Assembly (NCBI GenBank): GCA_051294905.1 | Contig: CM119372.1 | Coordinates: 7,690,001 to 7,754,000 of the forward strand | Length of the DNA stretch: 64,000 bases | From: Botryllus schlosseri | Lineage: Eukaryota | Reading direction: 5' to 3' | Shown here: positions 1 through 21,950 of the stretch, piece by piece | Numbering within the stretch: the stretch's first letter is position 1 | Layout of the letters: each line of letters starts with the position of its first letter | Translations under genes and position numbers: made by a program | The notes under the pieces: generated by a model | The model's database searches: none | What the model saw: the letters and a program-made list of their open reading frames with translations, nothing else | What the model was told of the DNA's origin: nothing

Positions 1-288
1 GGTAGCGGGCAAACAATCGTATCACAAAATATGACGGATGGGCGCATTAGCAAATAAGTCGGCCCGGATCTTTTGAAATAAATACGGCCCACGAACTAAT
101 CTTCCCCTGATTGATAATAACGCCATAGCCTTTATAAAGGCTATGATAACACTGTCGATTATAAAACACACCAACAAGGCAAAATTTAATGTAATTCTTC
201 ACCACAGGGTGATCTAGGCCGGGTGCAACTACAGATATGTTAACACGGTAATTTTACTGAAAAAGAAATACATTTACCATAGTCGTTT

Positions 289-1830
289 AGTTCAAGTTCA
301 AGTTTATTATTCACAAAATTTCATCATTTCAGAACATCACAAGACTACGATACAATGAAAGATAGGCAGGTGTCGAAACGACTTGGACGGGCCTAGGCGA
401 TGTAAATAGGAGGCATGCACTGCGCACTGAATGAAAGTAAAAGAAGATAATATAAAATGATAAGTGACAAAATCAGGTGGCTTGTGACGGAAGGCGAGAT
501 CGATATATCAGGTCGTGGTCCGGTACATGTTAAGGCAGGGGTTCTCAACTTCCCTCGTATAACGGGCCGCATTTTCACACTAAAAGGCGCCGCGGGCCGC
601 AGAACATTATCACCATGTATTTGTGAACCACTATTAAATTTAGGCTACTGTAGCCTATTTACCAGTCTTATACGGGAATTTAGTACATTTTTATGCATTC
701 TAAAGCATTAATGGAGAGCGTTCGTAAGTTTGCAGTTGCTGTTTTTTGTGAGGATATCTACAAGTGGCGCAAGTAAATCCCTTCATGGAGCGTACATTCT
801 ATTCGTTTCCATGTTGGTATATGTACCCTTCAAACCTTTCCACCAGAGAACCGAACTCGCTGTTTCAATGCGTGAGCGAGCAAGTATAAAATTACGGTGA
901 CATTTTCGTTACAGAGGTTATTATCACTTTGAGCTCTCAGTGATATGAGAAGAAGTCAGATTTTCGGGGACATTTGTGAGCAAACCAATCAAATCTTCTC
1001 CTTTCCTTCCATGGCTGGAGCCATACACCAGTAGTTACAGAAGCCAGCTTTTTCAAATTTATGTTTTTCACTGGTCCCCTTCCCACGTTTGCCACGTCAG
1101 CATTTCCTCTGGAAATATGTCTACTCTGATAAAACGCACCTGGATAATTTGCTATGCAATGTGTGTGCACTGTGTGCAGTCGATGAATTCGTCCAATGCT
1201 AGGCTAAAGTAGTCTATGCGTGGCAACGTACTATGTTTCAAAACATGCGATAAAAGATCGACTGAGATAGCTGGTACTCTTCTGGTGACTGTTGAATCAG
1301 ACAACTGTAGCCTCGAATTTTGACAGGTGATGTTAGACTCGCTGCTAAATTCCGGAAACAGCGAATATTTGCCCAGTACGTTAAATTGATATTGAAGTCA
1401 CACATTCTCTAGCAGACTCTTCGGTTTATCGATAATCCAAGCAATTTTGAACAATGCGTCCGTCACGTCGTCGGCAATTTTAAAAATGCCTCGAAAAATG
1501 GATTGCTGGGCTTGAAACCAAACTAACTCCTGATAAAACTATAGTGCTATCATTTCAAGCTTCTAGGCTTTGTTACAACAACTGTTCTTCCATAACAATA
1601 CTGGAAGAACATAACAATACTGTACCAGTAGTAATTGCGTTCATATTGAAAGATGTCGCGGGCCGCAAAGGAATCGTCTGCGGGCCGCATGCGGCCCGCG
1701 GGCCGCGGGTTGAGAACCCCTGTGTTAAGGGCTGACTAGCATTCATTCAGAAGAAATTGCTTGTATTTCGACTTGAATGTGGACACCGGACAAGTGGACA
1801 TGCTCGACGACTGTCGGATGACCGGCGACA
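289..1830 (-). mobile_element. L2/CR1-like LINE 3' end fragment, split by the hAT element at 536-1722
   Basis: Matches the reverse complement of the 3' end of the LINE at 55950-57070 (cgatacaatgaaaagatagg..gtgtcgaaacgac; cttgtatttcgacttgaatgtggacat); short (gttcaa)n tail. Confidence 0.8.
536..1722. mobile_element. hAT (Charlie/SPIN-like) non-autonomous DNA transposon with degenerate transposase remnants
   Basis: TIR CAGGGGTTCTCAAC / GTTGAGAACCCCTG; perfect 8-bp TSD TGTTAAGG (528-535, 1723-1730). Inserted into a LINE 3' fragment. Confidence 0.9.
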
Positions 1831-2808
1831 TACAGCTGTAAACGACTATGCAACTATGCATTTACTGCGTACCACCTGAAATGACCTCGCGTACATATAA
1901 TATATTATATACGTTGCAAGTTTCTGTGAGAGTCTACGCTGTTGCTAGAAGTGGAAGCAAAGTCGGTGACGAAAGACATATTTTCCACGTGATTTCTAAA
2001 GAAATAGGACTGAGAGTCGCGAAAGTGCATCAATTAAGAAATAATGCTAGCTGGAAATTTCCACTGCGCTATATAAAATGTAAATTTTGGACGCGATGCT
2101 GGATATGGATCAGTGCTTCACATCGTAAACAAATCAGCCAAGAAACAGAAAAAATCCCCTCTGATACTCATCAGCGCATTCTAGTGTCAGCCTTCTGATG
2201 TTTTGTTATGTAATACAAAAAATGTCCATACAGGATCTGGACTCTGGAGAATGGGCAGTTTCTTTCGTCGATGTACGTGAGCGCGTCGTTGTAGTGTTCG
2301 ATGGCGAGCAGGTTAATATTTACGCAGCTGTTCGGTTAAAATGTGTCATATACTAACATGAACAGGGTCGGTATTTACAGTCTTAATTGACTATTCACTC
2401 TGAAGGTATTCCGATAATCTTAACTTTTGATGGAAATCTGCTGGATATGGATAGTACTTTCGTTTTGTCACCATTGCATCGCAGTCCGGATGAAATCGCC
2501 CGTTTGACATGCCTATCTTAGCTCATTCAGTGTTTTAACGATCGAGAGAGTGAGAAAAAGAAATTATTATTCATCGCAAAATATAAAATTTCAGACGTAA
2601 TTCATAAACTGCAAATGACGATAGATCGACCTGTCGCAGTAACGGAAAGCATCAGCTCATGAAGACTTTTGATACAAGCTGTATGATAGTAGAGGTATAG
2701 GCCTACTCATGATGTATAGGTATTAGTAATTGCAGGATGAAGATGCAGCGAATTGATCTGGTGATCATGCAGTCTCCTGCAGCCGTTAAGGCGTAATTCC
2801 ATCTATAT

Positions 2809-3087
2809 TAGGGTTACCATATTTTGAGAATCTGAAAATAGGACACTTTTTCAACATTTTCAGACTGATAATGCTGGAGTATAATCCGGGTAAAATGGTA
2901 AATATTTCTGAGGTTGTGGTTAGTTGACTAAATAAAGGCATTTTTCTGGCTCAAATGCCATAAAAGCCTTATTAAATAAGAGGACAAATTCTCAAAGAAG
3001 AAAACATTTAGGCGACCTCCGAGGACACTTTGAAAAAAGTCAAAAAAGAGGACAAATCCTCTTAAAATAGGACATATGGTAACTCTA
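2809..3087. mobile_element. hAT MITE, TAGGGTTACCATA family (Blackjack-like termini)
   Basis: TIR TAGGGTTACCATAT / ATATGGTAACTCTA; perfect TSD ATCTATAT. Confidence 0.9.
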
Positions 3088-3566
3088 ATCTATATTATGT
3101 ACATTGTGGTCACAACAGCGAATAGTTAACATGTCATAGTAAAGAGAAAAGTGCACAGGATCAGTCAAGTCATGTAAGAAAAATGAGAAATATATCTGCT
3201 CCAAGGAATATAATATTATGTTGACTAATGTACATAACGATATATTAGTTCATGATAGGAGTACTTGTAACTTTGCAAGTGTAGGTTTTTTCAACTTTGG
3301 AGGATTCAATAAGAATTGTTCCTATAATATTGGAGGGAAAGGAGTTCCTTATTATATAATAAGACCGTAATATGCGATTGTGTAGCCTACTCATTTTGTA
3401 ACCGAAAGATCATGGTTAGTCTTATGTACTGATTTTATAATCTATTTTCCATGTATTTTAGAGCGTGCTATTAAATGATGAAGATATGATATTTGTTCCT
3501 GCACAACTATATCCACGTACGTACAGGTACAACTAAGGGGCCCATGAATGAAACTTAGCAGACGGC

Positions 3567-5891
3567 ATGTTTTTGCCGGTGTTTCTTTATCTGTACTGTG
3601 CATGGATACCAAACTATGCAGTTGGAAATGTAGCAGACATCACTGGATGCAGTTTTAATTGCTCGAAAGAAGTTGAGATTGGATTCAACCGCGGCGGAAC
3701 TCAAAATTTTAATTTATGTATGGAAACATGTGTTACCAAGAAAGGGAAACCATGGCCATTGCTCATTAACAGTAGTACGTGTGGTAAGACGGGCAAAACT
3801 TCGGGCAGCAAGCAAGTCTGTGCAGCAAAGAGTGTTTATGCTCATTATGTGTACCGTACACATAAGACGGATTCATCATCTGAAACCAGGGAATATCTCC
3901 TAGTTTACTGGGAGCCATGCGCTATTGCCTCAGAACACTTACAGGGTTACATGATATCATTACAAAACTATGAATTGAGTGGATATCATAGTGATTGCAT
4001 TCAGATTGCATTATCACGGAACTTGACCCAAGAAGATATGGATGACGAATTTGCAGCGTTATTCTCTCAGTTTCGACTTGATTATAATACTGACTACAGA
4101 GTTACTGTGCATGGTCTGCCTTTGCAAGATGATAATATTGCGACAGACTTTATTTTCAAGTCATCGCCATGCCCTAGTTTGAACGGATTTGGCAGCTGTC
4201 ACTGTGGACTGCCGTCATACCGCCCTGTACCAAACCCGAATATATCTGTGAATGGCTACTGTGTAACAGTATCAATAACGCCACTGCCATCTTGTTTTGA
4301 AATTCGTAAATATGAATTGTACATATTTCTCAATACAACAAATCAAGTCATTATGAAATTTGAACAAGATTTCATGGGTGATGAGATTTTAACTGCACGG
4401 TTTTGTCCTCTCTATCCACCTCGCAATATTCCGGAAGCCCATTTCGCTGTGAAGTATAGAGCATTAGATTTTAATCATGAACATGCTGATAGTAGAAGTG
4501 TTCGTCTGAATATTATCGACTGGATTCCAAGTCGGCCAACTCTACAGATCTCAAAATATGGCCTGAAAGTCACTTTTCATTGTGCACCCACGACATATGG
4601 AATCAACAAATATCAAGTTAGACTATTTCACAATGAATCGCAAGTCAAATTGCTCACAGTAAATGCATATTGTAGCGACCAGGGCAATTTTACAGCCCTA
4701 ATAAAATCTCTTGATCCTGGAGAATACTCATCGCAAGTACGAGAATGGCGTAACTCATCGTACAATGCAGCTGCTATGTGGAGCCCATTGTCAAACACTG
4801 TTAAATCAGACAATGTAAATTCACTGGACGATGGAGGTGCTACAAACAGTGTCGCAATTCTTATTTCTGCAATAGCAGTATTCTCGGTTGTTGCCAGCCT
4901 GGTGACTGCAGTCTTGTGCTGCCGCCACAGAAATTTTTGCATAAAAGTTCAAAGGCTGCCAGAGTCTTTAAGACTCACCATTCACGCCCAGCCCGATCAT
5001 ACTCATATTTGTCGAACAGTGTGGGTAGTTTGGCAAACTGATTATAAGAATAGTCACGCTAGTGATGTTCATGCTGAAAATGTGCGACACTTGGCTTCAT
5101 TTTTAGCGAACCAATGTGGGCTCAATATTATTCTTGATCAGTACGAAGCTACATCCGCACCGAGCTTGTCTTTGTGGTTGCAAGAAAAGCAAAAGGCAGC
5201 AGATACTGTCCTGTTCGTGTGTCCTCACCAAGCAATATCTAAATCTGATTGTTCAATCGATCAACTCATGGGAAACTTTCTGTCGGTATATAATTTGTAT
5301 GAGAGTGCTTTGTTGTTTGAAAACTTGACCGTGAAGTTTGCTTCGGTGGTTTTGCCATATTCGCAGCCTGCGGTTTACAAAGAAGCGAACCTTCTGCTGC
5401 AAAGAATTCCTTCTTTCCAACTAATGGACGATATTGAAAGCCTCTATTTTTTCATACAAAGCCGTGGAAAAGCAGGCCCGTACGGTCGCTGTCACTTAGA
5501 AAACGTCAATAAGCATGACTATTCCAAAACGGCTGAAGGTGCCAAGCTGAAAGAAGGGTTTCTGAGAATGCAGCTAGTTCTGATTGATGATTCATCAGGC
5601 TTGTTACCCTCGGGCGAATCTCTTGTGATTGAAGATGTGCAAGAAAGAGATATTGTTGTTAATGACATAGCAGACCGGGAAGCAGATTTGGAATTTTCTG
5701 ATAAATTCGAGCCGCTTCCTCCGCCCCCGATACAGCCCGAGGAAGATGCTGACAACACACTCTACTTGATAAATACAAGCGACTTGTTGAGCCAGCAACC
5801 GATTGATAGCGAATGTGTCGAAGCAGTTACATTCGATAGCAATTGTCCGTTGTTGCAGTCGAGTCCTGTTGGTACAACTGTTATGATTTGA
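3567..5891 (+). CDS. Interleukin-17 receptor-like (SEF/IL17R family) type I membrane protein with SEFIR domain; single coding exon, 774 aa
   Basis: Hydrophobic N-terminal signal peptide; Cys-rich and FNIII-like ectodomain; TM segment VAILISAIAVFSVVASLVTAVLCC followed by RHR. SEFIR-like motifs TVWVVW..D..H.ENVRHLASFLANQCGLNIILDQYE, WLQEKQKAADTVLFVC, FASVVLPY and PSFQLMDDIESLYFFI. Acceptor ttttag ~3461 upstream; AATAAA at 6419. Confidence 0.85.
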   Translation: MFLPVFLYLYCAWIPNYAVGNVADITGCSFNCSKEVEIGFNRGGTQNFNLCMETCVTKKGKPWPLLINSSTCGKTGKTSGSKQVCAAKSVYAHYVYRTHKTDSSSETREYLLVYWEPCAIASEHLQGYMISLQNYELSGYHSDCIQIALSRNLTQEDMDDEFAALFSQFRLDYNTDYRVTVHGLPLQDDNIATDFIFKSSPCPSLNGFGSCHCGLPSYRPVPNPNISVNGYCVTVSITPLPSCFEIRKYELYIFLNTTNQVIMKFEQDFMGDEILTARFCPLYPPRNIPEAHFAVKYRALDFNHEHADSRSVRLNIIDWIPSRPTLQISKYGLKVTFHCAPTTYGINKYQVRLFHNESQVKLLTVNAYCSDQGNFTALIKSLDPGEYSSQVREWRNSSYNAAAMWSPLSNTVKSDNVNSLDDGGATNSVAILISAIAVFSVVASLVTAVLCCRHRNFCIKVQRLPESLRLTIHAQPDHTHICRTVWVVWQTDYKNSHASDVHAENVRHLASFLANQCGLNIILDQYEATSAPSLSLWLQEKQKAADTVLFVCPHQAISKSDCSIDQLMGNFLSVYNLYESALLFENLTVKFASVVLPYSQPAVYKEANLLLQRIPSFQLMDDIESLYFFIQSRGKAGPYGRCHLENVNKHDYSKTAEGAKLKEGFLRMQLVLIDDSSGLLPSGESLVIEDVQERDIVVNDIADREADLEFSDKFEPLPPPPIQPEEDADNTLYLINTSDLLSQQPIDSECVEAVTFDSNCPLLQSSPVGTTVMI

Positions 5892-7369
5892 TTTTGTTAT
5901 TTTCGCTGTATTGTCTGTTATATAATGTGTGCCACACTTTTGCGACCGTGAAAATATATGCCACGCTGTTTGTGCAATTAGTTTCTGTACCGGTACTCTG
6001 AATATTGCTCGCTTGCTAATCCCACTCTCTTGCCATTTGCGCCAAGCCGCGTTCAAAGACTTGTCTCGAAATTTTAATCATACCAAGTTGTGCAAGTCTT
6101 GCCTCATTACCTACTTCTGCTTTTTGGTACCCCGTCATGGTGTTTACATCTTTTTGACGGTACTGTTTTTTAGAATCGTTCACGTAAATAGTGGTACGTC
6201 TGAAAATGTATGTTGCAATTTGATATCAGTGTTCTTTCTATTGCTTTTTAAATTATGTGTCAGGTGTCGTTACTAGTGAAATCGCATCTCGGTTGTGCTT
6301 ACTGCTTACCATCAATGAGTTGGCCATTCATGAAATTATTACCTATTGGAAGTATACTGTTATGTTGCTGTTGTTGTGGAAGGATTTTGTGCTATGTTTC
6401 TATTTGGGTGCCTGTCTGAATAAATGAATTTGATAGATGTGCTACTCGCTACTACGGTATTGGTTTACCAGAAATGACAAGACTCATTACAGTTGCCCGT
6501 GATTTATGATACAGCTTCGAATCCCATGCAGTTATTAGGCTAGTGATTTATGACACTTGAACCGCTCAACTGCAGCAGTCTTTCCAGAAATGAAAAGGCG
6601 TGGCTTAGTTAGATCTTTGCGATCTATTTTGAGACTCTCATCTCCAGCAAATTCTAGCTTGCTTCATGGAGTCAGTGATTTATGTCACTATCTTGAGCCA
6701 ACCAGCTGTACGTTGGTGACAATTTCTTTGTTGCTTTGTTAAACCATACTGACAGTTATACTGTAGTTATGTACCATGACTACATCTGATTCGATGATCA
6801 TCTTCACTGCGGTCATATCGCTGGGATTGTCTGTTGGTGTTTTACGGAGGCTCACTTGCTTTGAATGTATAAATCTTGACTGCTAGTCACCTGACATGCT
6901 GCATCACTCATTCCCTTGATGACTACATACGCTTATTTCACAAGTTTATTAAACTATACTCGAAGACACCCATTATTCTCAGATAGCAATCACTTGAATG
7001 AAAACCCGCCGATCTCAACATATTTCGACACTTGATCAGATGGTACACAAAAATTGCCACATTTCAATGTTACATGAATTGATAAATGGCGTGGAATGAT
7101 TGCTCAAAATCGTTAGTGGACGAGAATGTCGATTCTCAATGCAAACAGTGGTGGAAGTTGCTAGCCTTCATTCACCAAGTATAGACATACCCACAAATGA
7201 ACAGTGACCAGCTATGTATCGTTTAGTGTCGGTGCTACGTCACCATGCTGCGTGGAGGCCCGAAAAAGCGCTGTGATTTGATTTCGGGAGGTTGTGCAAA
7301 TAAAAGACGTAAAATGGAACTACAAGAAATACTCGACATGACATTGACCAGCCCGCCGGCTTGGCTCCA

Positions 7370-17270
<9,901 letters not shown>

Positions 17271-17499
17271 CTTGCTGCGATGTGATTTCCAAGCAGTGAA
17301 AGATCAGGGTAACCTACAAATGAAGTAGACGAAAACCTAGAAAAATATTGAATGGATGAGCAAAAAATAAAAGTGGTCTTTTTTGACACTGAAGTATGGA
17401 GTAAACATGAAAAGCACTGTTAAAAATTTTCATTCCACAATAATGACATACCAATATGTTTATATCGCAAATTATGGTATAATTTGTCAAGTAATCACG

Positions 17500-17950
17500 C
17501 ATATAACTCGTGACCGTCCTACTGACAATGCATTGGCAAGGTGCGGCAAGCATTTACTAGAAAATCATACTTGTGCTGCTAACTATCAAGAGGACATGTT
17601 CTCTATATTGGCTAAGGGTCGCAATTTATTTCATTTGTCTGTTCTTGAGTTCACCGTCATCACTATGAGTAAACCTAGTCTATGCCAACAGAAAGAATTT
17701 GTGTATCATTTGAAAATCGCGCATTAACTGTTTTGCTTCGCTATCTCCATGCCAACGCATCAGTTCTCTCGTTTTCCTTACTTTGTATATTTCCTGTGTG
17801 ACGTCATAATTAGCGATATATATTGTTGCTGAACATAGTTATTCGAATTCTCGCAATACTGCTGACGATATCCCCTGACGAGGGTCAGCCGAAAAGCTTC
17901 GGGAATAAATATGAATATTTTATTCAAATGCGTTTTGATGTTCTGTACTC
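17500..17950 (+). mobile_element. Penelope-like retroelement 3' fragment (GIY-YIG endonuclease end plus pLTR)
   Basis: GKHLLENHTCAANYQEDMFSILAKGRNLFHLSVLE...KPSLCQQKEFVYHL, paralogous to 62318-62677, followed by a hammerhead motif. Confidence 0.75.
17861..17907 (+). ncRNA. Minimal type I hammerhead ribozyme motif (Penelope-associated), intact core
   Basis: tccc-CTGACGA-gggtcagcc-GAAA-agct-TC-ggga. Helix I tccc/ggga; palindromic helix III aagctt; predicted cleavage after C17900. Confidence 0.75.
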
Positions 17951-18228
17951 CTAAGCGTCTCTTTGTGTACATCCTGAAAATGGATTATTGGATAAGATGA
18001 TTGGCCAAGTTAATTTTGTAAATTGTTTTAGTATCAATCAACAATAGATAGCCTAATTGACTGGATGAAAGTTATCCAACCTTGTTATAACTTTACAATC
18101 AGGCATACTGATTAACAAACACAAAAATTATTTTGCTTCAAGTTATCAATGACAAATAAAAAGAATATAGAAATAATGAACCAGATGAATTTAACCTTCC
18201 CTTAGATAGCCTAACCAATCGTCTAGTA

Positions 18229-19745
18229 CAGGGGTTCTCAACTTTCCTTGTATAACGGGCCGCCTTTGACAGCAAAAGACGCTGTGGGCCGCAGAACAAT
18301 ATCACCATGTATTTATGGGTTACTATTAAATTTAGGCTACGGTAGCCTATTTACCAGTCGTATACTGGCATTTAGTACATTTTTGTGCATTATAAAGTAT
18401 TATTGGACAGCGTTCGTAAGTTTGCAGCTGCTGCTTGTTCTGTATCTTCTAGCGGCGCAAGTAAATCGCTTCATGGACAGTGCATTGCCTTCGTTGCCAA
18501 GTCGGTATATGCAACTTCAAACCCTTCCACCAGAGAATCGAATTCTCTGTATGAATGTGCGAGAGAGCAAATACAAAATTACGGTAACTTTTGCGTTACA
18601 GAGGCCATTATCACATTGAGCTCTGAGTGATATGAGAAGAAGTCTGGCGTTCGAGGTCATTTTTGAGCAAACCAATCAACCCTTCTCCTTTCCTTCCATG
18701 CCTGGGGCCCTACACCAATAGTTGCAGAAGTCAACTTTGTCAAGTTGATATTATTCGCTGGCCACCCAGTATTCGCTGGCCCAGTATTCGCTGGCTAAGC
18801 TTGGCCACCCAGTATTCATCTGCATATATGTCCACTCTAGTAAAATTCAACCAGAGTTATGCAAAGTCGGTGGATTCGTCCCACGCTGGGTTAAAGTAGT
18901 CCACGCGGCAACGTGTTTCAGAACATGCGATAAAAGATCGACTAACATTGATGTTACTCGTCTGGTCACGATTAAATCGGACGACTGTGTCTTCAAAATT
19001 TGTCAGGAGATGTTGTCCTTGCTGCTAAGTTCCGGAAAGAGCAAATATTCGCACAGCAGGCCTGTGTTAAAGGATTAATTGAAATCACTCCTTCTACAGC
19101 AGATTTCTTGGGTTAAGCGATACTCCAAGCAATTTTGAACGATGCGTTTGTAACGTCGTCGGCAATCTCAACAACCGTTCGCGGTGAGTCAAACACTCTT
19201 AAAAATTGTAGGCCTACTACGTGGCGGGATTCTCCTGAACCAAAGTCCAGCCGAATAACGATTCGAAACTATCTGAAGTCGACCATATATCAAGAAACGA
19301 GAACACATTAAAGCAGTGGTTCTTAAAACTTTTTTAGACAGGCCAGCCTTTTTTTTTACCTTATCGTCATATAGCAAAATGTATCCGGAACGCTAGCAAT
19401 ACAAACGGCTAGTTTGATGGCATGGAAGGTTATGGTTGTTGATGAGAGATTTCTCATGAAGGAAATTCGGACTATACACAAAGAAATAACTTCGAATTGG
19501 AGATAAATTGCGCGCAGCGCGAATATTTTTTCAGTTGACCGCAACTTCGCGCCATTTCCCCTGTTCTGACCCCCAGTTTGCAAACCACTGCATTCAAGAA
19601 CGAATAATCAAACGAAACAAAGACGGTGCAATAAAGTATCTGAATTAATATGTAACAATACCGTGTCAGTAGTAATTGCGTTTATAATGAAACATGTCGC
19701 GGGCCGCAGAATAACCGTCTGCGGGCCGCGGGTTGAGAACCCCTG
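18229..19745. mobile_element. hAT (Charlie/SPIN-like) element, same family as 536-1722
   Basis: Same TIRs and collinear interior; perfect TSD GTCTAGTA. Confidence 0.9.
19314..19590. mobile_element. Nested hAT MITE related to 62055-62353
   Basis: CAGTGGTT...AAACCACTG; TSD CATTAAAG/CATTCAAG; shares gtttgatggcatggaaggttatg with 62170. Confidence 0.8.
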
Positions 19746-20978
19746 GTCTAGTATAATGTTGAATTCTGCACCAGAATTCAATTTGAACGAGTAGCCCAGA
19801 AACAATCCTTCACACGTAAACACTAGTTCACAATGAGTCTACATACATAGAGGCTTTCATTATGACACCAAGGAACGAGCCAGGAAAGTCAAACAACCTA
19901 ACCCACAACATCCTCATTAAGGAAAATCGTTCCAAGAACTATATACCGTGAAGTGAATCGCAATTAGGGAAGCCAGTGCACATGATCAAGATATCGGGAC
20001 AATAAAAGCTTCAGTTACAAATTGACAGAAAAAAATTGAGCCATTGAATGTAGACCAATGTCACACGGAATCAATATTACACAATTGTTATAACAAGATT
20101 AAATTGCATGATGGACCAATCAATAACACATCAAATATGACAACCCGGGCAGCCTATTCTGTGTGGAATCACACCAACGACATATGTAAAGAAAACATTT
20201 GGTGCTCTGGCATTTCTTTGCTATCATGGTCACCGCAGATTAACAGTTTAGGTTCACACTCTATCCGAATGAAATGAAGGTTATCGAAAGCATGACTGTA
20301 TGATACAACTACAATTCAACTTTCAAATACCATATACTACAGGGTACAACCATGACGGGTAGTCATAAAATTATGTCACTTCCGATCATGTCATATTTTG
20401 CGCAAATCTTGACATTTATTCACACAATTTCAGTCATTGAGTAGGTTGCCGTTGAACTCGGCACTTGGTGAATTCGGCCGGACGAACTCGGCCCTTGGTG
20501 AACTCGGCACTTGGTGAATTCGGCCATTGGTGAATTCGGCCATTGGTGAACTCGGCCATTGGGAAATTTCGTAATAAAGTGTATTAACAGCTATTAATAT
20601 GAATTATTAAACTAACAATAGTATTATCAAGTGATTAACAATCTTTTAAGGAGGTCAGGGCATGCGTAGATCACGCAGTCACGGCGTGATCAGATCACTT
20701 AATCACGGATTGCGCAAGCGCGGGAGATAAGATAACACGACGTTCGCACATCAACCACGCGTAGTCGGCTCTACGGCTCAGTATTGATTTGACTTGGCGT
20801 GGGACGGACGGACGACTTTTGAGAAGATAGATATCTGTGTTTTATGTAATAACGAAGTTTTAAAGGATCACCAATCAACGTTTCCCACTAACACGAACAA
20901 AAATTTATAAACGTCAAAATAAATTGTTTTTTGTGCCTTTGGAGAGACGGATATTAGGGTCAGGGTGGGAGTATTAGG

Positions 20979-21950
20979 CAGTGTTGGGATGACTCGAGTC
21001 ATGACTTGACTCGAGTCAGACTCGAGTCACCTTTTTCGTATGACTTGACTTGACTCGAGTCACTTTGCAAAAATGACTTGACTTGACTTGACTCGACGCC
21101 TCAAAAATGCGGATTCACTCGTGACTCGGAGCAAAATTCACGAGTCAATTTCAAGTCATTAAGTAAACGGTGTCGACTAAATCCCCCTATATTATGTGTG
21201 TTTTGGTTGTTAGCGATACGCCGCTGTCACTTGTGAGAGCAACCAGTCTTCAATATTTGTAAGTTTCACTGATCATCCATTGTTACATCACAAATAAATT
21301 GACCGCTTACGAAACCATCACACCTACGTTGTCGAAGAAGCAGTAGATTTATCTAATCGCATCGTATCTCTGTTTCTTAGGCAGCTTAGTGCTTACATTG
21401 CGCAGTGCTCACCTTTACCAACACTCTTGTATGATTTAAATCGAACGAATATACTTTATGCCTTTATATTCGCACGGAGGTGTAGGTAGGTAGTGCCTAT
21501 TGTACCACATCAATTTGTTCAACTTCTTGAGGCTTCGTATTCGATAAAATCAGACTATAGCATGTGGCTATACAGTTACTCACGTATTATATTATCAGTT
21601 CTACGTTTGCGTGAGCGATACAACACCTTTTTGCATCAATATTTAACTTTATAATCGTCATTTGATTCAAGATAAATAGCCAATTAATCTATCCTTCACA
21701 CTGCTAGCAAAATGTAATGACTTTGGATCATCACATATACTTCGATAATTCAATTTGACTCGAATCGTGACTTGACTCGTGACTTGACTTGACTTGACTC
21801 GACTTGACTCGAGTCATCTCCAAAAAACGAGTGACTTGACTTGACTCGAGTCACCTTTGAAAATCGATTGACTTGACTTGACTCGAGTCAAAATGTGCAA
21901 TGACTCGAGATGACTCGTGACTCGAAGGTAGTGACTTGATCCCAACACTG
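20979..21950. mobile_element. hAT MITE with GACTCGAGTC/(GACTT)n subterminal repeats, nested in 20444-22723
   Basis: CAGTGTTGGGAT ... ATCCCAACACTG; perfect TSD GTATTAGG. A second copy lies at 58106-59067. Confidence 0.9.

Noticed and set aside
6500..7250. Faint RT-like words on the minus strand (e.g. DFEQSFHAI) suggesting a fossil LINE
   Set aside because: Too degenerate. The region is better explained as the STK38 3' UTR (minus-strand AATAAA ~6945) and the gap to the IL17R-like 3' end.
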